Of a stretch of DNA of 64,000 bases, positions 11,518 to 20,383 are shown piece after piece. The stretch is from positions 1,568,001 through 1,632,000 of the forward strand of contig CAWDXG010000004.1 in NCBI GenBank assembly GCA_963806225.1. Direction: 5' to 3'. The position numbers and the translations under genes were made by a program. The DNA is from an uncultured delta proteobacterium (GTDB lineage: Bacteria; Myxococcota_A; Polyangia; Polyangiales; Polyangiaceae). The notes beneath the pieces are model-generated. The model had not been told where the DNA came from and did no database searches. It saw only the letters and a program-made list of their open reading frames with translations. Position 1 is the first letter of the stretch, and every line of letters starts with the position of its first letter.

Positions 11518-12918
11518 GTGCACCGCTCCGCCAGGAGCGTCGTCGCCGATATCGCGGAGCTCAGCGACGCGGGTCGGGATCCGGCGAAGCAGGTCAACGA
11601 GGACTCCTCGGGCTACGCGGAGACGCGTCACGGCCACCTGGCCGTCGTGTGCGACGGCATGGGGGGCCACTCGGGAGGTCGCGAGGCCAGCCAGACCGCC
11701 GTCCGCACGATCGTGGAACACGTGCAGCAGGCGCCCGGAGGCGCCCTGCCCGGGGCGCTGCTCCGCGAGGCCATCGAGGCGGCGGGGCAGGCAGTGTACG
11801 CGGTCGGCGGCGACGCTCCCACGGAGGTTCGACCGGGTTCGACCTGCGTGGCGATGCTGCTCCACGAACGCGGCGCAGAGATCGCCCACGTCGGCGACTC
11901 GCGCGGATATCTGATCCGCAGCGGCGCAATCCAGCGCGTCACCAACGACCACTCCATGGTGCAGCAGATGGTCGACGCGGGCGTGCTGACGCCCGAAGAA
12001 GCCCTCGATCACCCGGAGAGCAACAAGATCACGCGCGCGCTCGGCATGCACCCGGACGTGGACGTGGAGCTCCGACCCGAACCGCTCGCGCTCCAGCGCG
12101 GCGACGTGCTCCTGCTCTGCAGCGACGGGCTCACCGACCTCGTGAGCGACAGCGAGCTAGGCTCGATCACCCAGAGCCACATGTCGAGCGGTCCCGCCGT
12201 GGTGTGCCAACAGCTCGTCGCACTCGCCAACGACCGCGGTGGCTACGACAACATCACTGTCGAGCTCCTGCACGTGCTGGAAACGCCCGCGCGACAAGCG
12301 TCGACGGTTGCAGGCGCGACGTGGATCCAGGCGCCGCCGGGCGCGCCGGAACAGCCCCTCGCCGAGCCGGACAGCGGCGCGCACACCGCTCCCTCGCCCA
12401 CGATCACCGATGCGACGCCGCACGGCGCCTCCTCGCCCACGGTCACCGATGCGACGCCGCACGGCGCCTCTTCGCCCACGCTGCTGGACGGACCGCCGCA
12501 CGCCGAGCGCTCCACCGAGCCGGGACCCGTGGCGGTGACACCGTTCGCCGCGTCGACACCCCGCGCCGACGGCTTCTCCGATGCCGCGGAGAGTCCTGCG
12601 AGCGGTCAAGCGCGCCACGGTCGCTGGATGGTGCTGCTGGCGGCCGCGGTTGCGTTGCTGATCGTTGGCGGCGTGGCGGTCTGGGCGATCGCGCGTTTCG
12701 TCTCCGCCCATCGTCATTCCGAAGAAGTGCCGCCCCCTCCGGAGGAGCCGAGCGCCACGGCAGCCCCGCTGACCGTGCTCGAAGCCTCCACGCCACCGGA
12801 ACCGGAAGCCGGTGCGATAGTCCGCCATCACCATCACCACCGCCGCGATGCCCGCGCGCCGGATGCCGCACCGCCGCCCGACGCTGGACAGGACGGCGGT
12901 GATGCAGGATTCCCTTGA
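11518..12918 (+). CDS. PP2C/PPM (Stp1/PrpC-like) Ser/Thr phosphatase with C-terminal TM segment
   Basis: NED, VCDGMGGH, AHVGDSRGY, DHS, LLCSDGL, GGYDNIT. Confidence 0.92.
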   Translation: MHRSARSVVADIAELSDAGRDPAKQVNEDSSGYAETRHGHLAVVCDGMGGHSGGREASQTAVRTIVEHVQQAPGGALPGALLREAIEAAGQAVYAVGGDAPTEVRPGSTCVAMLLHERGAEIAHVGDSRGYLIRSGAIQRVTNDHSMVQQMVDAGVLTPEEALDHPESNKITRALGMHPDVDVELRPEPLALQRGDVLLLCSDGLTDLVSDSELGSITQSHMSSGPAVVCQQLVALANDRGGYDNITVELLHVLETPARQASTVAGATWIQAPPGAPEQPLAEPDSGAHTAPSPTITDATPHGASSPTVTDATPHGASSPTLLDGPPHAERSTEPGPVAVTPFAASTPRADGFSDAAESPASGQARHGRWMVLLAAAVALLIVGGVAVWAIARFVSAHRHSEEVPPPPEEPSATAAPLTVLEASTPPEPEAGAIVRHHHHHRRDARAPDAAPPPDAGQDGGDAGFP

Positions 12919-12952
12919 GACGGGCACTCTGGTATTCGCCTAGGACCGACCG

Positions 12953-15913
12953 ATGATGATACCTGGCTTCGGCAAGCAGACCCTCAGCATAGGCAGCGCG
13001 CCGAGCTGTGATATCCGGCTCGGTGGGCCGGGCGTCGCGCCGGAGCACGCACGTCTCGTGCACCAGGGCGGCGGCACACTCGTGTTCGTCGACGGTGGCA
13101 CCGGACAGACGTCCGCGAACGGCGCGCCGATCGCGCCGGGCTCGAGCGTGCCGTTCGACTTCCGCACGCAGTTCGTGGTCGGGACAGGCCGCGGTTCCCA
13201 TCGCGCACCCCGCCATCGCGTTGATGCTGATGGCGCGGGGCAACGCGCCTGTGCAGCCGGGACAGGTCAGCTTCGGGCGCGAGGCCGCGCAGGCCAACAT
13301 CGTCATCCAGCATCCGAACGTGTCCGCGCACCACGCGACCGTCACGCTGAACCCGCCCACGATCATCGATCACAACTCGACGAGCGGCACGTGGCTCGGC
13401 CAGAACCGGCTGCCACCCGGACAGCCGCAACCGCTCGATCAGGGCGCGATGATCGCGCTCGGGCCCGTGCCGGTGCCGGCGCAGCTTGCCCTGCAGCTGG
13501 CGCACGCTCTGGCCACGCCGGAAGGCCAGGCGCAGCCGGCGCAGCCCGCGCAGCCGGTCGTCGGCGCACCCGCCGGCGGCGGACGGGCACCGGGTGCCAA
13601 GCCCAAGCACAAGACGGTCATCGGACAGGTGCAGCTCGGCGCCGCCGGCGCGCAGAAGAGTATCGGCCGTACGCCGGACAACGACATCCAGATCGAGCAC
13701 CCACAGGTCTCCAGCAAGCACGCGATCCTGCACCAGGTGCAGAGCCAGCTGTACCTGGAGGACCGCGGCAGCTCCAACGGGACGTACGTACGCGGACAGC
13801 GGCTCGCAGCCGGCCAGAAGGTCCCGGTCCAGAACGGCGAGAAGGTCTTCATCGGACCGATGCCGCTGCTGATCCAGGTCCAGAATCAACAGGTCGAGGT
13901 CATCGTCGAGGACGTCGCCGACTGGGCGGGCACGTCCGCTGTACGAGATCGAGGCCTGGGATCTGGTCCTGCAGGTCCCGGACCGCGACAACCCCAGCGA
14001 GATGAAGACGCTGCTCGACCACATCAGCTTCAAGGCGCTGCCCGGCGACTTGATCGCGCTGATGGGACCGAGCGGCGCCGGCAAGACGACGCTCCTGCTC
14101 ACTCTCAACGGCTATCTGCCGCCGAGCGCGGGCCAGGTCAGGATCAACGGCGAGGACCTGTACGCGATCTACGACGCGCTGCGCGGTTCCATCGGCTACG
14201 TCCCGCAGGACGACATCGTCCATCCGGAGCTGACCGTGTACGAAGCGGTGCGCTACAGCGCGCGCTTCCGGTTGCCACCTGACTACTCCGAGGACGAGAT
14301 CGACCGGCGCGTGCAGACGACGCTGGCGCAACTCGGCCTGGAGGGCGTCGCTCACCTGCAGATCGGCAAGCCCGAAAAGAAGATCCTCAGCGGCGGGCAG
14401 CGCAAGCGCGTGAACATCGCCATGGAGCTCGTGACCGATCCGGTCATCATGTTCCTCGACGAGCCGACCAGCGGTCTGGCTGCGGACGACACCACCGCGC
14501 TGGTGCAGCTGCTCGCGGATCTGGCCAAGCAGACCGGCAAGACGATCATCACGACCATCCACCAGCCGGCCAAGGACGAGTTCGAGAAGTTCAACCTGGC
14601 GCTGGTCCTCGGCCAGGGCGGCATCCCGATTTTCTTCGGCCCGACAAAGGACGGCTACCGGTTCTTCGGCAGCTTCCTCGAGCGGCAGGGCAAGCCGAAC
14701 GACGTCGACAATCCGCGCGACATGTTCGACATGCTCAACCAGCGCGAGCGGCCGATCTACGAGGCGATGCGTGCGCAGAACCCGTACGTCCAACGCGGCG
14801 CAGCGCGCCAGCAGGCCGCCCGCGAGTGGAACGCGGAGTTCTTCAACCAACAGAACCCGATCTTCCAGAAGATGTTCTCCGGACGGCGGTCGGTCGGCAC
14901 CGGCTCCCAACAGCAAGGTGTCGGCTTCTCGCGCGGCAAGTCGTCCGGGCAGTTCGGGCTTCTGTTCAGCCGCTACTTCCGGGTCAAGGTGCGCGACGTC
15001 ACCGGCACTGCGATCATGCTGGCCCAGGCGCCGATCATCGGCGTGCTCCTGGCTCTCGTCTTCGGCGGCCAGAAGGACGCCATCCCGTACTGGTGTCTGG
15101 GCGCACTGCAGGAGCTGGCCAAGCGCTCGGGCGGTCTGGGCTCGAGCGCCGGCGACATGCTCCAGAACATGAAGACCACCAACGACCACTCGGGGGCAAT
15201 CTTCTTCCTGGTCGTGTCGGCGGTGTGGTTCGGCACCAGCAACGCCGCGCGCGAGATCGTGAGCGAACGGGCCATCTACCTGCGCGAGCGGATGGTGAAC
15301 CTGAAGCTGTTCAACTACGTGTTCAGCAAGTTCCTGCTGCTCAGCCTGTTCTGCATCATCCAGTGCACGGTGCTCCTGGCGATCGTGTTCTTCTCGCTCG
15401 GCTTCAACGGCGGCCCGCAGGCTTTCGTCATCGAGCTCGGGGTTCTTGATCGCCACCGCGATGAACTCGGTCGCTCTGGGGCTGTTCTTGAGCACCATGG
15501 TCGAGAGCTCGGAGGCGGCCATGGCGCTCACGCCCATCGCGCTCATTCCGCAGGTCGTCCTGGGCGGACTGATGGTGCCGATGACGACCAACCCGCTGCT
15601 CCAGTGGCCGATGTACGTGATGCCGGCGCGCTGGGGCTTCGAGGGCGTGGTCGCGCAGGAGCGCATGGCGATCGCCAACGACGCGGCGTGGGTCATCGAC
15701 CTGCACAAGCCGGCCACCACGAGCGTCGACAACTTCGTGCAAGCCGGGCATTTCCACTGCGCTACCGCGCAGATAGCCGGCAGCGACTTCAACGGCGCAT
15801 GGGGCTTTACCCACTACGACTTGACCTGGTTGCCGCCCGCGGTGCTGGCCGGAATGATGTTCGCAACGCTCGTCATCATTCTCGTCATCCTCAAGCGGCG
15901 CGATCCGGTCTGA
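12953..15913 (+). CDS. FHA-domain ABC transporter, ATPase fused to ABC-2 permease (Rv1747-like architecture; frameshifted)
   Basis: Three FHA-like segments, Walker A GPSGAGKT, LSGGQRKR, FLDEPTSGL, TIHQP, and the permease motif AREIVSERAIYLRER. Confidence 0.85.
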
Positions 15914-15949
15914 TCCCCGCCCAACGCCACTCTGGGCTATCATGGACGG

Positions 15950-16951
15950 ATGAAGCGCTTCGTCGCCGCCGCCCTCGCCACGTTCCTCGCGCAGGCTCTG
16001 CTCGTCGCCTGCGGCTCGACCACGGACAGCGGAAGCAAGGTGGCGGGGCCGACGGGTGGATTCGGAGGCGTCTCGTCCGGCGGCAGCGGCGCCGGGGGTA
16101 GCGGCGCCGGAACGGGGACCGGCGGCAGCGGCGGCAGCGTGCAGATCGACGCGGGCGGCGGCGGCAGCTCGAACGACGGCGGCGCGTGCGAGCCCCCCGA
16201 CATGTTGATCGTGCTCGACCGCACCATGAGCATGCACCGCAGACCGGACGGCACGCGTCCGCCGGACACCACTGCAGGGCACCAGGCGTCCAAGTGGTAC
16301 ATCGCCATCAACGCGGTCGAGCAGCTGACCGGCAAGCTCGACAGCACGATCCGCTTCGGGCTGGAGCTGTTCCCCAAGGACCCCGGCAACAACCAGTGCG
16401 TCACGCTCAAGCAGCGCATCAACAACATCACCGCGACCAATCCGGCTTGCCAGAAGGGCGAAGTACTCGTCCAGCCCGGGCTGAACAACGGTCCGGCCAT
16501 CGCTAGCGCGATCGACCCGGAGACGACCCGGCTGTGCACGTCGACACCGATTGGCAAGGGGATCGTGACGGCCAGCCAGGCGCTGACGGCTATCCAGACA
16601 GCGGGACGCGATCAGTACGCCGTGTTGATCACCGATGGACAGGACACCTGCGACAAGGCGCTGGTGCTCTCGGCCACGCAGGCCCTCGCCCAGCAGGGCG
16701 TCAAGCTCTACGCGATCGGGTTCGATGCCAGCTCCGGCAACGGCGTCGACAAGTCGCAGCTGAACGACCTCGCTTGCGCGGGGCACACCGCCCCCGGCTT
16801 CCCCGCGCCGTGCCAGGCCGACGCCCAGGGCAACTACACGGCCACGAACCCGACCGGACCCGATCTGTTCCTGGCGGCGGGCGACGCGGCCGCGCTGTCG
16901 AAGGCGCTGTCGACGCTGGCCGGCAACGTCTGCTGCGGCTGCATCGGCTAG
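15950..16951 (+). CDS. VWA-domain lipoprotein
   Basis: Lipobox LLVAC, Gly-rich linker, MIDAS-like VLDRTMSM, STP and LITDG. Confidence 0.8.
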   Translation: MKRFVAAALATFLAQALLVACGSTTDSGSKVAGPTGGFGGVSSGGSGAGGSGAGTGTGGSGGSVQIDAGGGGSSNDGGACEPPDMLIVLDRTMSMHRRPDGTRPPDTTAGHQASKWYIAINAVEQLTGKLDSTIRFGLELFPKDPGNNQCVTLKQRINNITATNPACQKGEVLVQPGLNNGPAIASAIDPETTRLCTSTPIGKGIVTASQALTAIQTAGRDQYAVLITDGQDTCDKALVLSATQALAQQGVKLYAIGFDASSGNGVDKSQLNDLACAGHTAPGFPAPCQADAQGNYTATNPTGPDLFLAAGDAAALSKALSTLAGNVCCGCIG

Positions 16952-16996
16952 CGCTCGCGGACGGCTCGGCGCGGGCGTTCCCGGGGACAGAATCGT

Positions 16997-17884
16997 TTGT
17001 CGGGAAGCACGTCACGCAGCAGCGGCGCAGGACTGGGCGCGGTGCTCACGGCGTCCACGGTATTCTCGTGGGGCTTCGTCATCGTCAAGGCACTGGGGTT
17101 GCCTGCGCCGGCCATCGCGGTCTCGCGTCTGGCGATCGGCGCAGCGGTGTTGTTTGCGGCGGCGCTGATCTTCAAGGTGCGCTGGCCGCGCAATCTGGCG
17201 CCCGTGGTGCTGGCCGGCGTGTGCTTCGGCATGCACCAGCTTCTGTACATCGTCGCCACACAGCGCACCTCGATCGCGATCGTCACGCTGATGGGTGCTC
17301 TGCAGCCGCTGCTCGTGTCGATCGTCAGCCGCCGCACGGTGGGCGAGCCCGTGCCGCGTGCGCTGCGCGGCTGGGCCCTGGTCGGCGTGCTGTCGGTTCT
17401 GCTGATCGTGCACGCCAACCTCGGCGACAGCAGCCAGTCGCTGCTGGGCGATCTGCTGGCCGTGGTCAATCTGCTGGCGTTCACCGCCTTCTTCCTGTTC
17501 ACGAAACGCGCGAGACTCGAGGGAGCACCCACGGTGACGCTGACCGCGTCCATCTTCGCCGTCGCCATGCTGGTGGCCGCGCCCGCTCTGTTGTTCGTGT
17601 CACCGGTACTGCCGGCGCACGGATGGCAGTGGGGCCTGATCGCGCTGCTTGCGCTGGGCCCGGGCAACGGACATCTGCTGGTGAACTGGGCGCACTCGCG
17701 CGTGAGCGCAACACTGGCTTCGCTCACGCTGGGCGCCGTGCCGCTTCTGGCGAGCATCTGGGCGCACTTCGTCTTCGGCGAACCGTACGGCCCCGAGCAC
17801 GTCGCTGGAATGGTGCTCGCGATGGTCGCCATCGAGGGAGGCCGGAGAGCCGAGGTGCGTGCCCAACGGCGCGCAAAGCCATGA
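16997..17884 (+). CDS. DMT/EamA family transporter
   Basis: About 10 hydrophobic segments, with the GDLLA motif at the start of the second repeat. Confidence 0.85.
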   Translation: MSGSTSRSSGAGLGAVLTASTVFSWGFVIVKALGLPAPAIAVSRLAIGAAVLFAAALIFKVRWPRNLAPVVLAGVCFGMHQLLYIVATQRTSIAIVTLMGALQPLLVSIVSRRTVGEPVPRALRGWALVGVLSVLLIVHANLGDSSQSLLGDLLAVVNLLAFTAFFLFTKRARLEGAPTVTLTASIFAVAMLVAAPALLFVSPVLPAHGWQWGLIALLALGPGNGHLLVNWAHSRVSATLASLTLGAVPLLASIWAHFVFGEPYGPEHVAGMVLAMVAIEGGRRAEVRAQRRAKP

Positions 17885-18109
17885 TCTTCATGTCGCACTT
17901 CTGTTCGTTCGATGCAGAGGCCGGGAAACGGGAAAATCGATACCCCATCCGTGTAACCGCCCCAGGCAACCCGCATACGCCCAGGCAGTAGCGAGCATCG
18001 ATCCGAGCTCCACTGCGGAGGGAGGAACCTGGTTCCACTGTTTCGGAACAGGGCGATGCAACGGTGCGCCCGCGCGGTGCGGTCGCCCGACATCCATGGA
18101 GGGAGTTAA

Positions 18110-20275
18110 ATGCGCTTTTCGACCTGGTCTGCATTGACACTGCTGGTTCCTCTGGCCCTGGTGGGCTGCGGCAGCAGCAACAACAACAACGGCACGGGGG
18201 GTACCGGGGGCACAGCCGGCACCGGAGGCACGGCTGGCACCGGAGGCACGGCTGGCACCGGAGGCACGGCTGGCACCGGAGGCACAGCTGGCACCGGAGG
18301 CACAGCCGGCACCGGAGGCACAGCCGGCACCGGAGGCACAGCCGGCACCGGAGGCATGGGCGGCGCCGGGGGCGCGCAGGGCACGAGCTTCCTCGTGCAC
18401 ATCGACAACCTGTCCGGAACCAGCGCGGTGCCCACGGGCATCTCGCCGATCGTGTGGGCGCTGCACTCGGCGCCGGATCCGTTCTTCACCGCCGGCCAGC
18501 CGGATCGCGGCGACGGGCTCGAGCACGTTGCCGAGGACGGCAATCCGATGATGTTGGCGCAATCGTTGCTGTCCGACTCGGCGATCGCGGACAGCGGCGT
18601 CAACGACACCCCGATGGGCAAGTCGTCGGCCGGCCCGGCGCTGCCGGGCGACGCCTACGAGTTCACGGTCACCGCGACGCCCGCCGACGGCAAACTGTCG
18701 TTCGCCACCATGTTCGGCAACACGGGTGACATCTTCATCGCACCGAAGGGCGACGGCATCGCGCTCTTCGACCAGAGCGGCAACCCGATGGCCGAGCAGG
18801 ACGTAACGTCGCAGCTCGAGGAGTGGGATGCGGGCACGGAGCGCAACGAAGCGCCCGGCATGGGACCGGACCAGGCTCCACGACAGCCGGCTGCCAACAC
18901 GGGTCCTGCCGAGGGCGTGGTGGCCCACTTCAGCGACAGCACGCGCTCGCTGCCGGTGCCGTCGAAGATCGTGGACGTCAGTGTGAGCGAATCGGGTGGC
19001 GACTTCACGATCAAGTTCAAGAATGTCTCCGCAACGAGCGGCGCGATCGTCACGCCGATCGCACCAGTGTTCTTCGCTACACACGACTCGAGCTGGAAGC
19101 TCTTCAGCGCAGGCGGCACGGCGACTGCGGGGCTCGAGAGCCTCGCCGAGGACGGCTCACCCGCCGGGCTCGTCAGCGAGAACAACGGCGCTTCGGGCGC
19201 TGGGACGGTTGGAGCGGTCGCGAAGCCGGACGGCGCAAGCACGAACGGGCCGGCCTCGCCAGGTGACACGTACACGCTGACGGTCACCCCCGACTCGGCC
19301 CACCCGATGCTGAGCTTCGCGAGCATGATCGTCCAGAGCAACGACGCCTACATGGCGCTGCCGCCAGGAGGCGTGGCGCTGCTCGACTCGAGCGGCTCGC
19401 CGCGTCCCGCCGCGGACGTGCAGGCGGACATCCGCCGCATGCTGGCCGTGTGGGACGCGGGCACGGAGGCGAACGAGGTGCCCGGCATCGGCGCGAACCA
19501 GCCGCCTCGTCAGTCCGCCGCCAACACGGGACCCGCCGACCCGGACACCAAGATCCGCCGCTACGCGGACGACACGAACGATCTGGCCGGCACTTCTCTC
19601 GGTGGCTACGTCAGCGTGACGGTGACCAAGGCCAGCGGCACCGGCAAGTTCGACGTGACCGTGAAGAACACCGCCGACACCACGGCCTACCCGGGCAAAC
19701 TCGCCCCGGTGCTGTGGGCGGTGCATGACGGGTCCACGAAGATCTTCGAGTCGGGCAAGCCTGCCTCCAAGGGGCTCGAGCACCTGGCCGAGGACGGCAA
19801 TCCGACGGCGCTGGCGACCGCCGTGGCGGCCCTGTCCGGCGTCGGCAGCTCGGGCGTCGACAACACGGCCGTCGGGGCCAGCTCGGCCGGGCCCCTGTCG
19901 CCGGGCCAGAGCTTCACCTTCACCGTCACCGCGGACGCCTCACACCGCTTCCTGAGCCTGGCCGCCATGGTCGCACCGTCCAACGACACGTTCATGGCAC
20001 TGGATCCCGGCGGCATCGCGCTGCTCGACGCTTCCGGCAACGCCCGCTCGAACACGGACATCGCGAACGACATCGCCGCACATCTGTTCGCGTGGGACGC
20101 CGGGACCGAGGCGAACCAGTCGGGCGCCGCGGGACCCGACCAGGCCGGATACCAGTCGGCGCCCGATACCGGCGCGAGCGAGGGCGACGGCACGGTGCGC
20201 GTACTCGCTGATCCGGTCTGGGGCTATCCCTCCGTCGCGGACCTCGTGAAGGTCACGATCAAGCCCATGCCATAG
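18110..20275 (+). CDS. Lipoprotein with three tandem Spondin_N-like domains
   Basis: Lipobox LVGC; three repeats of GLE.xAEDG..M..(S)ND.F/Y..WDAGTE.N. Confidence 0.8.
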   Translation: MRFSTWSALTLLVPLALVGCGSSNNNNGTGGTGGTAGTGGTAGTGGTAGTGGTAGTGGTAGTGGTAGTGGTAGTGGTAGTGGMGGAGGAQGTSFLVHIDNLSGTSAVPTGISPIVWALHSAPDPFFTAGQPDRGDGLEHVAEDGNPMMLAQSLLSDSAIADSGVNDTPMGKSSAGPALPGDAYEFTVTATPADGKLSFATMFGNTGDIFIAPKGDGIALFDQSGNPMAEQDVTSQLEEWDAGTERNEAPGMGPDQAPRQPAANTGPAEGVVAHFSDSTRSLPVPSKIVDVSVSESGGDFTIKFKNVSATSGAIVTPIAPVFFATHDSSWKLFSAGGTATAGLESLAEDGSPAGLVSENNGASGAGTVGAVAKPDGASTNGPASPGDTYTLTVTPDSAHPMLSFASMIVQSNDAYMALPPGGVALLDSSGSPRPAADVQADIRRMLAVWDAGTEANEVPGIGANQPPRQSAANTGPADPDTKIRRYADDTNDLAGTSLGGYVSVTVTKASGTGKFDVTVKNTADTTAYPGKLAPVLWAVHDGSTKIFESGKPASKGLEHLAEDGNPTALATAVAALSGVGSSGVDNTAVGASSAGPLSPGQSFTFTVTADASHRFLSLAAMVAPSNDTFMALDPGGIALLDASGNARSNTDIANDIAAHLFAWDAGTEANQSGAAGPDQAGYQSAPDTGASEGDGTVRVLADPVWGYPSVADLVKVTIKPMP
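18209..18355 (+). repeat. 18-bp coding tandem repeat (GTAGTG x ~8)
   Basis: ggcac(a/g)gc(c/t)ggcaccgga units in the linker of the spondin protein. Confidence 0.9.
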
Positions 20276-20383
20276 CTCGAGCGCGGCGGCGCGCGGCCGA
20301 TCCCCCCCCGGTCGCGCGCCGCCGCCTCCCCTCTTCGAGTCGTCGAGCGCAACGTCCTGCCCGGAACGTCGCGCTCCTGTCTT

